Shown here one piece after another: positions 46,250-58,100 of a stretch of 64,000 nucleotides of DNA. The DNA comes from a virus, in IMG/VR virus record IMGVR_UViG_3300028844_003967, positions 5,221-69,220 of that record; one strand, 5' to 3'. Positions within the stretch are counted from its first letter, which is position 1. Each line of letters starts with the position of its first letter. The notes below the pieces were generated by a model. The model was not told the DNA's origin and ran no database searches. It was given only the letters and a program-made list of their open reading frames with translations. The position numbers were made by a program, and so were the translations under genes.

Positions 46250-49200
46250 TTGTTAATGAAGTCTGAAGAAAGTAGTAGAATAACAGATAATATGAGTGAT
46301 GAATTTTTATCTGAATGGATTGAAAGCGGTAAACCTATATCTGAATTTAAAAAATCTCAATCAGGTAAAGAAAAAGGTATTGATATAAAAGAAACTGAAG
46401 ATGCTATAATTGAATCAAATACAGATGATGATGCACGAGTAAAAGCTAATTTAGAAAAATTAAATGCATTAGCTGAACAAGAAGGTTTTTCTGTAGATGA
46501 AGTAGGTCAAAATTTTAAAGAAACAATAGGTCAAGTAAAAAGAGGTGTTCCTACTGGTTTTGAAGATACATATATTCCTGATGTTCAGGAAAATAATCAA
46601 AGTTGGGCTGCTGATTTTGGCGAAGCATTATATGAAGGATTGGTTATTAACGCTGCAAAAGGAGTTACAAATTTAATTCCAACAATGTTTCAAATGAATC
46701 TTTTTAATACTTATGGGCTTCCTGGTGTTGATAAAAAAATAACAGATGATGTCACTAAGCTTACAATGGATTGGACTTCAGATTGGATTAATACTACTAC
46801 TGCTTGGTTTGATGGAATTTCTCCTACATATAGTGATGCTTATTATAGAGGTGATTTTGACCGTAAATTAGCAACTGGACTTGGACAAGGGCTTGGGTTT
46901 ATTGGTGGTATTATGCTTGGTGGTGCGGGAGCCGTAGGTGCAATAGGAAAAGGTTCTAATATTGCTGCAAGACTTGGTAGTTTTGCAACTGGAACAACCA
47001 TGATGTACCCAATGGTTTATGAAGAAGCTATTGAAAATAATATTGATCCAGCTCATGCTTCTCGATTAGCTTTAGGTATATCGGGATTAGTTTCTTTAAC
47101 TGAAGGAGCTGCACTTGAAGCTATTGGTAAAACAATGAGTAAACCTCTTGTAAATAAAGCTACTAAAGAAGTTCTAAAAAAAGAATTAACAAAACTTGGT
47201 AAAGCCACTTCATTAAAAGATATATATAAGCTTGAACAAAATTTTGCTAAAGGATTTAGTCAAAAAATTAAAGCTGTAGGTCCAAAAATGTTTCAAGGTT
47301 CTGCTATTGAAGCTGGTCAAGAATTTTCTCAAACATATATTGAGGAAGGAATGAAGCAGTTATATGATGGAACAATAGGTAGAGACAAGAAAAAAGGTGA
47401 AGGTGCTTTTGGTGCAGAAATAAGACCTTGGAAAGAAAAAGGATATGAAACTTTTGAAGAAGCTGTTTTTGGAGGATTAGTTGGTGGTATTCTTGGTGGA
47501 GCACTTCCTTCTACCGGAATGTTTAAAGGAAAAGTTCAGCAAGAAACTTTATTTAATTATGTAAATAAAAATGTTCGTAAAGGTAAACATAAAAATATAT
47601 ACAAAATAGAGCAATCTATTCGTGAATTACAGAATACAGGAAAATTAAATGAAGAACAAGCTAATCAAGCATCTGCTGAAATAAAAAAATTAGTTAAATA
47701 TTCTAACGAAACTAAGGCATTAAATATAACTGACGATATTGCTAATTATCAATTATATCAACTTTCTGATTATAATAAACAAATAAAAAGTAATATAGAT
47801 AAAAACTTTAAAGAAGCAGATAATTTACCTAAAGCTATTAATCAAGCCTATAGGGTTAATAGAGATATGGGTGATAAATTAGTAACTGCTATCAATCAGG
47901 ATATGGATGATATTATTACTGATAAAAAACCATATACAAAAAGTAAAAATAAGTTTGAAAAAAGATTACAAGAGTATAGAAAACTTGCTGGAAAAGTTTA
48001 TAATAATGAAATAACCGAAGAAGATTTTAATGCTGAATTAGAATCTATTAAAACTGGTAAAACTGCTAAACCATCACAACAAAAAGCAGAGAAGGACAAA
48101 GCGAAAGCTGTTGAGTATAAAACTAAAGATGGTGATACTATTACTGAATCAGCTATGCAAGATGCTGAATCTATACTAAAAGGATATAATGCAGCATTAG
48201 ATATAAGTCCAGAAGCAGAAGCTGAATTTCAAGCTAAGTTAAAAGAAGAATACGGTATTGAAAAAGAGGGATTAAGATTCTTAGTAGAAAACGAAGGAAG
48301 TACTGTTGATGAAATGAAAGCTAATCTTGAAGCTACTGAGATTGCTGATAAGAAAGAAGAACCTAAAGTTAAAAAAGTAAAAGCTTATAGAACCGAGGGT
48401 ACTGAAATGGGGAAACTTGATACTGCTTTTAGAGGTAGTGGAAAGTACTATGCTTTAGATAAACCATTTGTTACTGGTAAAGAGGGAGAGGTTGTTACTG
48501 AAAGTGAAATTGAAATAGATGAGTCTAAAACATTAGATTTAACTAAATCACAAGAAACTGGTAAGGAAGATTCTGCTTCTAAGAAATATAGCGAAATAAG
48601 AAAAGAGGCTAAGAAAAGATTTGATGCTATTCCTCGTAAAGAAAGAAAAACAAATACATTCAATGATTTAGTTCAAGAGGTTGCTTTAGAACAAGGTATT
48701 GAGGGTGTTGTTAGTTACATTGAGCCAGGTGCTCCTGATGTTGATGTAATGAAAGAATACGGTAGGGAATATGTTGACTATAGAAAACCTACTGATAAAA
48801 CTAAAGAAGAAGAACTATCTGTTAAAGAGCAAACAATAGAATCTTTAAAAAATGATTTAAAAGGTGAGTTTGTATCTGAAGAAGCTAAAAAGGAAATACA
48901 AGAAAAAATAGATAAATTAGAAGCTGAAGTAAAAGTTGAAGATGAACTTGATGAAGATGGCGTTGAAGAACAAATCCAAGAAGATGAACAAGTTGAAGAA
49001 CAAACAGAAGAAGAATTAAAAAATGATTTAGCTAACATTGAAGATGCAGAAATAGTTGAAGATTTAGAGAAACCAACACAACAAAGTAGTGAGGTTAAAT
49101 CTCAAAAAGATATTGATGATGCTATAGATAGCGCATTTGATTTTCTTAATGATAATGAAAGTGACCCTAAAGAACAAAGAGCAACAACTAATGTTATTGC

Positions 49201-52200
49201 TAAAGATACTGTTAGAAATAATCCAGCTCTTCAAAAGAAAATTGTTAAACACTTTAGAAAAATATTCCCTAATATACCTGTAAAGCAAGTTGAAAGAATT
49301 GCATCTGAATATGGTGGACAAGTATTGGGTAGAGTAGTTGAGAAAGGAATTGAAATAGATTCTTCACAAGCTTTTCAAAATACAATTATACATGAGTACG
49401 CTCACGTATATATGAAAATTCTTGGTAAGAATGATCCGGTAATAAAACTTGGTTTAGAATTAATTGAAGATACTAAATACTTTGAGGATGCTAAAAAAGC
49501 TTATCCTAACCTTAGTAAAGCTGACCAATTAGAAGAAGCATTAGCTGAAGCTATTGCTGATAATTCTTATGAAAAACTTAAAATTAAATTTGAAGGAAGT
49601 AATGTAGATAAGTTTGTTGCTTTCTTAAAAAAGTTTTGGTCAAGAATAAAAAGACAGTTTACTAAATCTAAATCTAAGGATATAGTAGATATTATTTCGG
49701 ATGGTATAACTTTCCGAGAACAACCTTTTATGTATAACTCTAAAATACTTACTGGAGTTAACAAGGAGCAACGTGCTACTAAGAAAGCTGTTGAAGCTAC
49801 TTCTATGATACAAGGTTATTTATCTATGCTTAGAATGAAAAAAGTAGAAGATAAGAACTTTATCTTTGACCCTAATAATTCTGCACAAGTTTCCGGATTT
49901 GTTTATACTGCTTTTAAAAATAGATATAATTTAGAAAAAGAAAATAAACTTAAAGATAATCAGGTAAAGATATTTGATGATGTAACAATAGATTTAATTC
50001 CAGAAGAAACTAAAGCTGATGTAGCTGCTAATAGAAATGCTGTTATGAGTTCTATGGAAAACGATATGCCTCAATTATACGAGGTAGTTCAAAGGTCTAT
50101 TGAATCATTAACTAAAAGTGCATTACCAACTTTAGAAGAAATATCTTCTGATAGTGCTGTAAAAGCTAACAAAAAAATATCTGAATCTATTAGGTCTATT
50201 GTTACTGCTATTATTGATTATGATGGTAGAATTATAGATGCTAATAACATAGATAGATATGTTGCTGATTTAGCTGCTAATACTTATGGTAAGGCTGGGT
50301 TTGAAGCTCAACTTCAAAAAGATGCAGAAAAAGGTAAAAGTATTGAAGCAAGTAGGTTTTATGAAATGCTTGGTCAAATGTCACCATCAATCAAGCAATC
50401 TATTGTAAGTGAGTTATCTTCTTTAATTCAAACTAAATATACGGGATTAACATTACAAGATGAAAATGGAGTTCCTAAGCTTACATCAAAAATAGTTAAT
50501 GAAGATGAATCTGTTAAATCGCAACTTGATAGTTTCTATCAAAGAATAGAATTATTAAATGATGATTTTGGTTTAGATGATTTTATTGATGTACCAAAAA
50601 ATAGATATCTACTTAAAAACAAAGATGTTGATGCTTTAAATGAAGCTAAAAATATAATTGAACAATTATATGATATTCAAATAGACAATGAAACATGGGG
50701 TAGTTTATCTGATGATATTATAAAATCTTCTAAAGAGGATTGGGGAATGAGTAATTTCCTAAGAGCAGTTAACGATGTTATCAAAGGAGATAAACGTCCA
50801 AAAGCTATAAATACTTGGAGTAAAAAAGTTTTTAAAGCTGTTTCTGATAAAACTGCATTGACAAATAACTTCCCTAACATGAGTGGGAATAGTGTTTCGT
50901 CTACAAACTTTGGTTATTTTATTTCTGAACAAGCATCAATGATGTTTAATAAAGAAGGACATTTAGATAAGATGAAAAAAAATCCTATCTACAAAAATAA
51001 TCCTGTCTTTAAAATGATTGTAAATAACTTTGAAAAAAACGAAGTTAAAGATATTGATTGGGCTGTGCATGATGCTTTAAGTAACATGTACACAAGTAAA
51101 GTCATGGATCATCCAAGACAATATAAAGCTGATACAGTTATTGTAGGTTTATCTTATTTTGCAAATGATGCAAGTAAAAATAGCTATAGACAAAGTATAG
51201 GTGTATCTGGAGATAGAAGTAAAATTACAACAGTACGTTCTCCAAGATTTGATAATTTTGAAGCTATTAAAGAGCAATTAATTAAAGATGCTGCTACTCA
51301 ACAAAAAATATTTAATAATGCAGTCAAAGGTCTTGATGTCAATTCTGATGAATATAAAAAGATTGTAGAGAACTTTAATGACATGTACATGAATAAAGTA
51401 GTAGATGGAAAAGTTGTTACTCCTAATAGTAAGTTATATCCAAGTGAAGCTACTAAACAAAACAAAGCTAATATAGCTTACATTAAACAAGTTGTTAGAG
51501 GAAACAAACTTGAAGCTGCTATATCAAAAGACCATGTAGGTGCAAAGGAAAAATATAAAAGCTTTGACGAGTTAGTAGGTGCTTATTATTACACTGAAGC
51601 TATTAACAGAAATGCTTTAATGGATTTGTTTGCTGGTACTATGTTAGACCGTAAAAATGTAGCTGATGCTGTTAAACGTGGTTCAGGATATAATTCTGGT
51701 GGTACTTTAATTGAACATAATAAACCTGTTACGTTTGTTGTTTATGATGTTCCAAGTGAAGTTGAAGAAGGAGAATACACTTCTGATTCAATGAGTATAG
51801 ATGGAACACACTTACACAAACACACTATGGATGATGCTGGTGTTATGGGTAATGTAGGTACTAATAAAAAAGATTTTATATTTCAAGTAGACCCAAGTAC
51901 TTCTAAAACGTTTATGGTCAAGATGAGTTCTATTGGAATAGAACAAAATGAAGATGGTACTAACTTTGATAAAATGGGCCCAGAATACAAAAGAATGGGA
52001 GATGCATTTTTAAAAGCCGAAAAGTATTTTGCTAATAAGTATGGAGATAATGCACCGCATATTAAGTTTGTTGATAGTAAAACATTAAAAGGTAATGACG
52101 GTAGCTTTAAGAAAGTTAAACTTACTGATTTACTTAACGATTTAGAGAATAATGAATTTGGTTCTCTTGAAGATGCTTCTTTTGAAATGGAAGTTAATAA

Positions 52201-55171
52201 CCATAGAGTTGCTTTTGACCTTAATAAAGATTTATCTAAAATTCCTTTAGAACAACAAGAAGTGGTTCTTTCTACTCAAGAAAGAGTTATTGCTTCTACT
52301 AAAGCTACTAAAGCTGAAATAGATACTTTTGAACAATCTATTGTTGATATGCTTCAAGAAAGCTTAGGTATGTCTAATGAAGATTATTATAAATCTAAAA
52401 CTAAACGAGATGTAAATAATCCTCAAAAGTTTTTAGACAGTTTGCTTAAAAATGCTGATGAGCAAAAATCAAATTCAATATCTGAATTGCTTTATAATAT
52501 TAGAGATTATAATCAAGCAAATCCAAGTAATCCAATTACCGTTTATGATGACCCAAATTTAGTTAATCTTGTTCAACAAGCCATTGCTACTAAATTTACT
52601 AAAGATGGTATTCGTACAGAAATGGCTGGAAATTATTTACATATGTTACCTAACTATGGAAATGATTTAAAATGGTATGACTATGGTAAAACAGGAACAG
52701 AAAGTCATCCAGAGATAGGTGCGCCAATGTCAATGTTTGTTCAAAAAAAAGAAGGAGAAACTGATGCAGAATATGTAACCAGAGCAAATAAATATTTAGA
52801 AGATGCTAAAGCTAAAGGTGGATTAAGAACTGTTGTTGTTCGTGTTCCTGCTTCAAAAGGTATGTCTACATTTGTAGCTACTGTTAAATATTTTACAGAC
52901 CCTTCAGTTAATACTGTTATAGTTCCTGATGGATTTATTAAGGCTTCGGATGCTGATCACGATGGAGATAAAACTTTTGTCTATAGAGAGGATATAAAAG
53001 CTGATGGTACAATTAATGTAAATTCAACTAAAAACAAAGCGTTTAATGAACTACATAAACGTATATCTTCTGAAGCTCTTGTTGAGGAAACAAAAGACAG
53101 TTTAAAGTTAGAGCCTATTAAAGATATTTTAGAAGAATATAATTTAGACCAAACTAAAGATTATAAATTAACGGATGCTGTAGAGTTAGCTAATATTACT
53201 GAACAAATGGGATTTGGTGAACGTGCTATTGGAATATTAGCAAATGCTTCTAAAATGTTATCAGTAATGAGTCAGTCAAAAGAAGGTTTAAAATTTGAAC
53301 TTAGATTTGGCTATGAAATGGAAATGGATAATGGTACTCTAAGAGGAAAACTTTTAGATTATGCTGAGAGTACTCAATATCAAGATTTTGTAGATACTCA
53401 AGGTTCTGATATGGCAAGGCTATTACAAGCTGCATTAGATATGGGTAATGACCCTATATTAATGTCCACCGGTATTAATGCAGAAACAATTAATGTAGCA
53501 ACAACATTAACATTACTTGGTGTTCCAACTAAACAAGTAATAGGCTTTTTAAACAATCCAGCGATTAAAGACTTTAATATTGCGTTGACTAAAATTAATG
53601 GTGGTTTTGGTATTGGAGAAAGCACTACTGCTTATAGATTACAAGAAGAATATTTACAAACTATATCTCCTGATAAGTCAAGATTTAAAGATGCTGAATC
53701 TTTAAGAAAGCATATTGATAATAATAATGGAGAAATTAGAAATCTTAAAGAAGGTGTTTATCAAACTAAAAAAGGAGATGTTTATTTTTCTGTTACTAAT
53801 GTGGGTGAGCAAGGTATTGGAACAATAGAAATGATTGGTGCAGATAGATTAACTGGAGAGTATTCTGATTTAGCTATAATTGAAAAGTACTTAGAAATAA
53901 AATCATATGCTGATGCTCTTCAAAAATTACTTCCTATTATAAAGTTAGATACTAATTTACCTAATAATGGAGTTGGAATTAAAAACTTAAGTGATGTAGA
54001 ATCTGATATTAAGCAAGATGAATATCCAATTACTGTAGATAATTTACTTAATAGACCATTAAATAAACATCAGATGCAAGTAGCTGAATTACAAAAATCA
54101 TCAGCTAAAAGTAAATTTATTACTCAGAACGATTTCTTTTTTGGTCTTACTAAAAAATTCAATAGACCTAAAGCTTCTATAGATAATTCTTTTATGCATC
54201 AACATGCTGAAAAAAGTTTAAGATTAGAACATTCAGACCCTAAGAAATTTATTTATGATTTTGCAAATGACATTAGTAATATTATTTACTCCGGTTTAAG
54301 TGGAGAAATAAATGTTCCAGATGCTCGTTGGCAAGATTCACAAATAAGACAAGAAGTAGAAATGTACTCTAAATTAAAAAATGAAAATCGTCAAGAGTAT
54401 AATAATGATATGGCAAACTTGCCTGAAATGTATTCAAATGCTATTGAAGAATTGATTCCTCAATATGAAGAAGCTTTAAATAATTTTGATAGAAATTTAG
54501 AATTATCTAAGAATAAATTTATTAATGCTTTACAAGTATCTTATAAGCAAGATGAGGATGGAAGTAAAAGTGAGTATTTAATTAAGTCTAAAACAGGATA
54601 TAGTAAAGAAAGCCCTACTGTTAAGCAAGAAATTAAAGATGCATTTCTTAAGTTACCACAAGATATGCAAGATAAATTTGTTGATTATCAATTACTACGT
54701 CATGGGGTTAATGAAAAAATGGGTAGCTTAATGGGTATGTTACCTAACAGTCTTGGTCTTAAAACAGATGCTCTTTCTTCTATTAATGAAATAACTAAGA
54801 TGGGTAGTAGAGAAGATTATTTTAAAAATCAAAAAAATCTTATAGAAAGAAATACTGCTTTATCAATGCTTAATACATTATCAGAGCCTAAGTATGTTGA
54901 AAAGATTGAAGAAGGTAACGATAATTTATTAGGCTTAAATAGTCGTGATGCTTATATAAAGCAAGGAGAAAATATATATAAAAGAACAAGTGATAAGGTT
55001 GATATAAAAGGTAATGAACTTCCTATATATAAGAAGATAACTAATGATCAGTTTGTTGCTGGAAAACATTTTACTAAATTTGGTACCGAAGAATCATTAG
55101 AAGAAAGTAAAATTTCTGATGAGCAGATTGAGGAAGAAATAAAAAAATGTAGAATTAAACCTAAGAAATAA
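46250..55171 (+). CDS. Giant virion-packaged RNA polymerase polyprotein (crAss-like)
   Basis: Catalytic-loop motif ASDADHDGDK (52949-52969) preceded by VVRVPA; QAALDMGNDP; zincin motif HEYAH (49391-49405); Gly-rich membrane segments near the N-terminus; exact start uncertain. Confidence 0.8.
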   Translation: MLMKSEESSRITDNMSDEFLSEWIESGKPISEFKKSQSGKEKGIDIKETEDAIIESNTDDDARVKANLEKLNALAEQEGFSVDEVGQNFKETIGQVKRGVPTGFEDTYIPDVQENNQSWAADFGEALYEGLVINAAKGVTNLIPTMFQMNLFNTYGLPGVDKKITDDVTKLTMDWTSDWINTTTAWFDGISPTYSDAYYRGDFDRKLATGLGQGLGFIGGIMLGGAGAVGAIGKGSNIAARLGSFATGTTMMYPMVYEEAIENNIDPAHASRLALGISGLVSLTEGAALEAIGKTMSKPLVNKATKEVLKKELTKLGKATSLKDIYKLEQNFAKGFSQKIKAVGPKMFQGSAIEAGQEFSQTYIEEGMKQLYDGTIGRDKKKGEGAFGAEIRPWKEKGYETFEEAVFGGLVGGILGGALPSTGMFKGKVQQETLFNYVNKNVRKGKHKNIYKIEQSIRELQNTGKLNEEQANQASAEIKKLVKYSNETKALNITDDIANYQLYQLSDYNKQIKSNIDKNFKEADNLPKAINQAYRVNRDMGDKLVTAINQDMDDIITDKKPYTKSKNKFEKRLQEYRKLAGKVYNNEITEEDFNAELESIKTGKTAKPSQQKAEKDKAKAVEYKTKDGDTITESAMQDAESILKGYNAALDISPEAEAEFQAKLKEEYGIEKEGLRFLVENEGSTVDEMKANLEATEIADKKEEPKVKKVKAYRTEGTEMGKLDTAFRGSGKYYALDKPFVTGKEGEVVTESEIEIDESKTLDLTKSQETGKEDSASKKYSEIRKEAKKRFDAIPRKERKTNTFNDLVQEVALEQGIEGVVSYIEPGAPDVDVMKEYGREYVDYRKPTDKTKEEELSVKEQTIESLKNDLKGEFVSEEAKKEIQEKIDKLEAEVKVEDELDEDGVEEQIQEDEQVEEQTEEELKNDLANIEDAEIVEDLEKPTQQSSEVKSQKDIDDAIDSAFDFLNDNESDPKEQRATTNVIAKDTVRNNPALQKKIVKHFRKIFPNIPVKQVERIASEYGGQVLGRVVEKGIEIDSSQAFQNTIIHEYAHVYMKILGKNDPVIKLGLELIEDTKYFEDAKKAYPNLSKADQLEEALAEAIADNSYEKLKIKFEGSNVDKFVAFLKKFWSRIKRQFTKSKSKDIVDIISDGITFREQPFMYNSKILTGVNKEQRATKKAVEATSMIQGYLSMLRMKKVEDKNFIFDPNNSAQVSGFVYTAFKNRYNLEKENKLKDNQVKIFDDVTIDLIPEETKADVAANRNAVMSSMENDMPQLYEVVQRSIESLTKSALPTLEEISSDSAVKANKKISESIRSIVTAIIDYDGRIIDANNIDRYVADLAANTYGKAGFEAQLQKDAEKGKSIEASRFYEMLGQMSPSIKQSIVSELSSLIQTKYTGLTLQDENGVPKLTSKIVNEDESVKSQLDSFYQRIELLNDDFGLDDFIDVPKNRYLLKNKDVDALNEAKNIIEQLYDIQIDNETWGSLSDDIIKSSKEDWGMSNFLRAVNDVIKGDKRPKAINTWSKKVFKAVSDKTALTNNFPNMSGNSVSSTNFGYFISEQASMMFNKEGHLDKMKKNPIYKNNPVFKMIVNNFEKNEVKDIDWAVHDALSNMYTSKVMDHPRQYKADTVIVGLSYFANDASKNSYRQSIGVSGDRSKITTVRSPRFDNFEAIKEQLIKDAATQQKIFNNAVKGLDVNSDEYKKIVENFNDMYMNKVVDGKVVTPNSKLYPSEATKQNKANIAYIKQVVRGNKLEAAISKDHVGAKEKYKSFDELVGAYYYTEAINRNALMDLFAGTMLDRKNVADAVKRGSGYNSGGTLIEHNKPVTFVVYDVPSEVEEGEYTSDSMSIDGTHLHKHTMDDAGVMGNVGTNKKDFIFQVDPSTSKTFMVKMSSIGIEQNEDGTNFDKMGPEYKRMGDAFLKAEKYFANKYGDNAPHIKFVDSKTLKGNDGSFKKVKLTDLLNDLENNEFGSLEDASFEMEVNNHRVAFDLNKDLSKIPLEQQEVVLSTQERVIASTKATKAEIDTFEQSIVDMLQESLGMSNEDYYKSKTKRDVNNPQKFLDSLLKNADEQKSNSISELLYNIRDYNQANPSNPITVYDDPNLVNLVQQAIATKFTKDGIRTEMAGNYLHMLPNYGNDLKWYDYGKTGTESHPEIGAPMSMFVQKKEGETDAEYVTRANKYLEDAKAKGGLRTVVVRVPASKGMSTFVATVKYFTDPSVNTVIVPDGFIKASDADHDGDKTFVYREDIKADGTINVNSTKNKAFNELHKRISSEALVEETKDSLKLEPIKDILEEYNLDQTKDYKLTDAVELANITEQMGFGERAIGILANASKMLSVMSQSKEGLKFELRFGYEMEMDNGTLRGKLLDYAESTQYQDFVDTQGSDMARLLQAALDMGNDPILMSTGINAETINVATTLTLLGVPTKQVIGFLNNPAIKDFNIALTKINGGFGIGESTTAYRLQEEYLQTISPDKSRFKDAESLRKHIDNNNGEIRNLKEGVYQTKKGDVYFSVTNVGEQGIGTIEMIGADRLTGEYSDLAIIEKYLEIKSYADALQKLLPIIKLDTNLPNNGVGIKNLSDVESDIKQDEYPITVDNLLNRPLNKHQMQVAELQKSSAKSKFITQNDFFFGLTKKFNRPKASIDNSFMHQHAEKSLRLEHSDPKKFIYDFANDISNIIYSGLSGEINVPDARWQDSQIRQEVEMYSKLKNENRQEYNNDMANLPEMYSNAIEELIPQYEEALNNFDRNLELSKNKFINALQVSYKQDEDGSKSEYLIKSKTGYSKESPTVKQEIKDAFLKLPQDMQDKFVDYQLLRHGVNEKMGSLMGMLPNSLGLKTDALSSINEITKMGSREDYFKNQKNLIERNTALSMLNTLSEPKYVEKIEEGNDNLLGLNSRDAYIKQGENIYKRTSDKVDIKGNELPIYKKITNDQFVAGKHFTKFGTEESLEESKISDEQIEEEIKKCRIKPKK

Positions 55172-55173
55172 TT

Positions 55174-58100
55174 ATGGCAGTATGTCCAAATATAAGTCAC
55201 CCAGATTGGAAAACACTTGAAGCTCGTTATGGAGAAAAAGGTGCTTGGAGAAAATATATTGAGAATGGTTATAATATACCTACTCCTGAAAATGTTTCTA
55301 AGCAATTAAAGTTTGACAAAGATGGGATTAGGTTTAAAAAAAGAGATACTTTACAAGCTTTAAATGACAATCCTGCATTAGCTAAAAAGATTATTGATAG
55401 ACTTGCAAAGCTATATCCTGATGTAAAGGTTTATGAAAATGGATTGTTTGATGAAAATGGTAATTGGATAGATATTGCTCCTGGTGAAAAAGGTATGCAT
55501 TATCGTAATGCTTTTATGGGTGCTGTTGCTTGGGCTAATGATGCATATATGGAAACCCCACCACATGAATATGCACATGAGTATGTTGATATGTTTAGGG
55601 AATTACCTATTGTTAAAAAAGGTATTGCAAAATATGGAGAGGAACAGCTTGTAAAAAGAATAGGTTCTTATTATGCTAAACGTGAAATGAGTAATTCATT
55701 CCAAAAATTCTTACAAGATTTTTGGTCTACTATTAAGTCTTTTGTTGGTTCTCCTGATATTGCTGATATTTTAGCTCAAAACTTTTATGAGGGTAAAATG
55801 TTAGATGGTCCAATTCATAAAGGCACTGCTATTGTAAGATATCAAGAAGGTGATGGTGTGTTAAAGAAAACTAATGGAGGTGTTAATTCTGATGGTCGTT
55901 ATGATAAAGACGCTGAAAAGATAGTTGAACTTACTGATGATTGGGCTAAAAATGAAATAAAAGGTAATGGTGTAGGAACATGGTATGAATCTACTGAAGG
56001 AGTAGAAGAATTTAATCGTTATGGTTTATCTAATTATATTGCTCAAACATTTAATAGATTAAAATCTCAAGATTTAAATAGAGATGGTGAATATATGAAC
56101 TCTCCATTTCTTGATACAAGGTTAATTGAAGATGTATTAAAAACTATAGAAGATGAAGGTTCTATGGATTTAATAGGTAAGGCTATAATTGGTAAAGAGG
56201 AAGTTGTTTTAGATACTGAACAAGCAGCTGCTTTAGCTACAATACTTCGTGCAGAAAAAAGATTAAATCATATTCAAAAAGCTAATAATTCTTATTACGA
56301 TGGTGATGGAAATTTTATTCCAAGAGAAGATGTAACTCAAAATATTAAAGATTCGATTGATGAAACTGCTAAACGTAGAGAATACCTTTATAATAAAGTA
56401 CCTACTAAAGCGTTAAGAGAATCACTAAAATTTATTGAAAAAGCTTTAACTTCCTTACAATTAAATTCAAGACTTATAGCTAAGTATCTTTCAGGTAGTG
56501 AAAATAGTGAACTTTCTGATATGGCTTATAAAGCATTAGACCAAGCAGATAGTAAGAAGTTAGGTATAATGCAAAGATTTACAGATATATTTACTGCTAC
56601 TGAAAATATACCAGGTTATAACAAATGGTCTATATTTCAAACTCCTGATGCTAATATTAAAGATTTAGATACTGTGTCTGTAGAAACTTCAGATGGAACA
56701 GTAGAGCTAACTAAATCGGAATACATTACTATGTATTTAAATTTAAGACAAGCAGATTCAAGAAAAGCTATTATTAATAAAGGCTTTATACTTGATCAAA
56801 GTGTTAAAGGTCGTGAAGGTCAATTTAATAAAACATTTACATTAAAATCAAGTGAGCCTATTAAAATACAAAAAGCTGTTGAGGCAGATTCTGAAATGAT
56901 GGAAGTTATTAAAAAGATAGATGAATCTTTAGCTTACATGTATGAAGAAACTAATCCGGTTTTTAAACAAGAACATGGTTATGATTTAGAAGAAAGAGAA
57001 TATTACTTTCCTGTTTTTACTGGAGCTGAAAGTGTAATGCAGATAAGAAGTAAGAATAGTCTTGACCAATTTAGAGCGGGTAATGCACGTTTAGGACAAG
57101 ATAAGCCATTACGTATTGGTGACTCTGTAGCAATAATGAATAACATAAAAAACAGTGGAGCAACCTATGCTGCATATGCTTTGCCTATTTCTAACTTAAG
57201 AAAGTTAATGGCTGATGTCGCTGATAAATATGAAAATCAACAAGAAAAAACTTACTTTAAAAGTTTAGAAGGAATAATAAATTCTATTGAATCTCCCGGT
57301 GAATTGTTTAATAGTGGTACAGAAAAGAATTTTAATCAATGGGTTAATAGCCTTACAAGTAATTTTTCTGTTTCTGTTCTCGGAATGAACTTAGCTGTTA
57401 TGATGAAACAACCAGTTTCATATATAACTGCAATGGAAGAGATAGATAAAAAATATTTAAAAGGAGCTGGATGGGGTATAGGCGGTGTTGTTGGAATATC
57501 TCCAATGAAAATAATTAGGTCATTAGCTTATACAGGAGTTAAAGGTGGGGAAAGTAAACTTCCCGTTGAATGGAATTTAGATAAAAGTGACCCTATATAT
57601 GAAGAATTAATGAAGATGCCTAAGATGAGAGCAAGACTTGAAGGTATGGTATCTAAAGAAACGGGTGAAGCTTTAATGAATCAAGATATAGGAAGGGATA
57701 AGATTAAAGTACCCGGAATGAAAAATGAAGATGGTACTCCAGTTTATATTAGTAAAGCAAGGCTAATGGAGGGTATTAAGATTTTTGATTCTGTAACTAT
57801 TATGTCTATTTACAAAGCGGTAAAACTTGAAACTGCTGAACAACATCCTAATCTTGTAGAAGGAACTGCAGAGTATGAAACTCATGTAGAATTGAGATTA
57901 AATGATATTGTAAATAAAACTCAACCTACTTATGATGCTCCTAATAGAGCAGTACTTTCTTTGTCTAAAAATCCAGTTGCAAGGGTATTAACTATGTTTA
58001 GTTCTGCAAGAAGTAAAGTAGCTATGTTAATGATTGATGGTGTTATTAGTTATGTAAATAATCCTTCTCCTGAGAATAAAGCAAAATTATTTAAAAGAAG

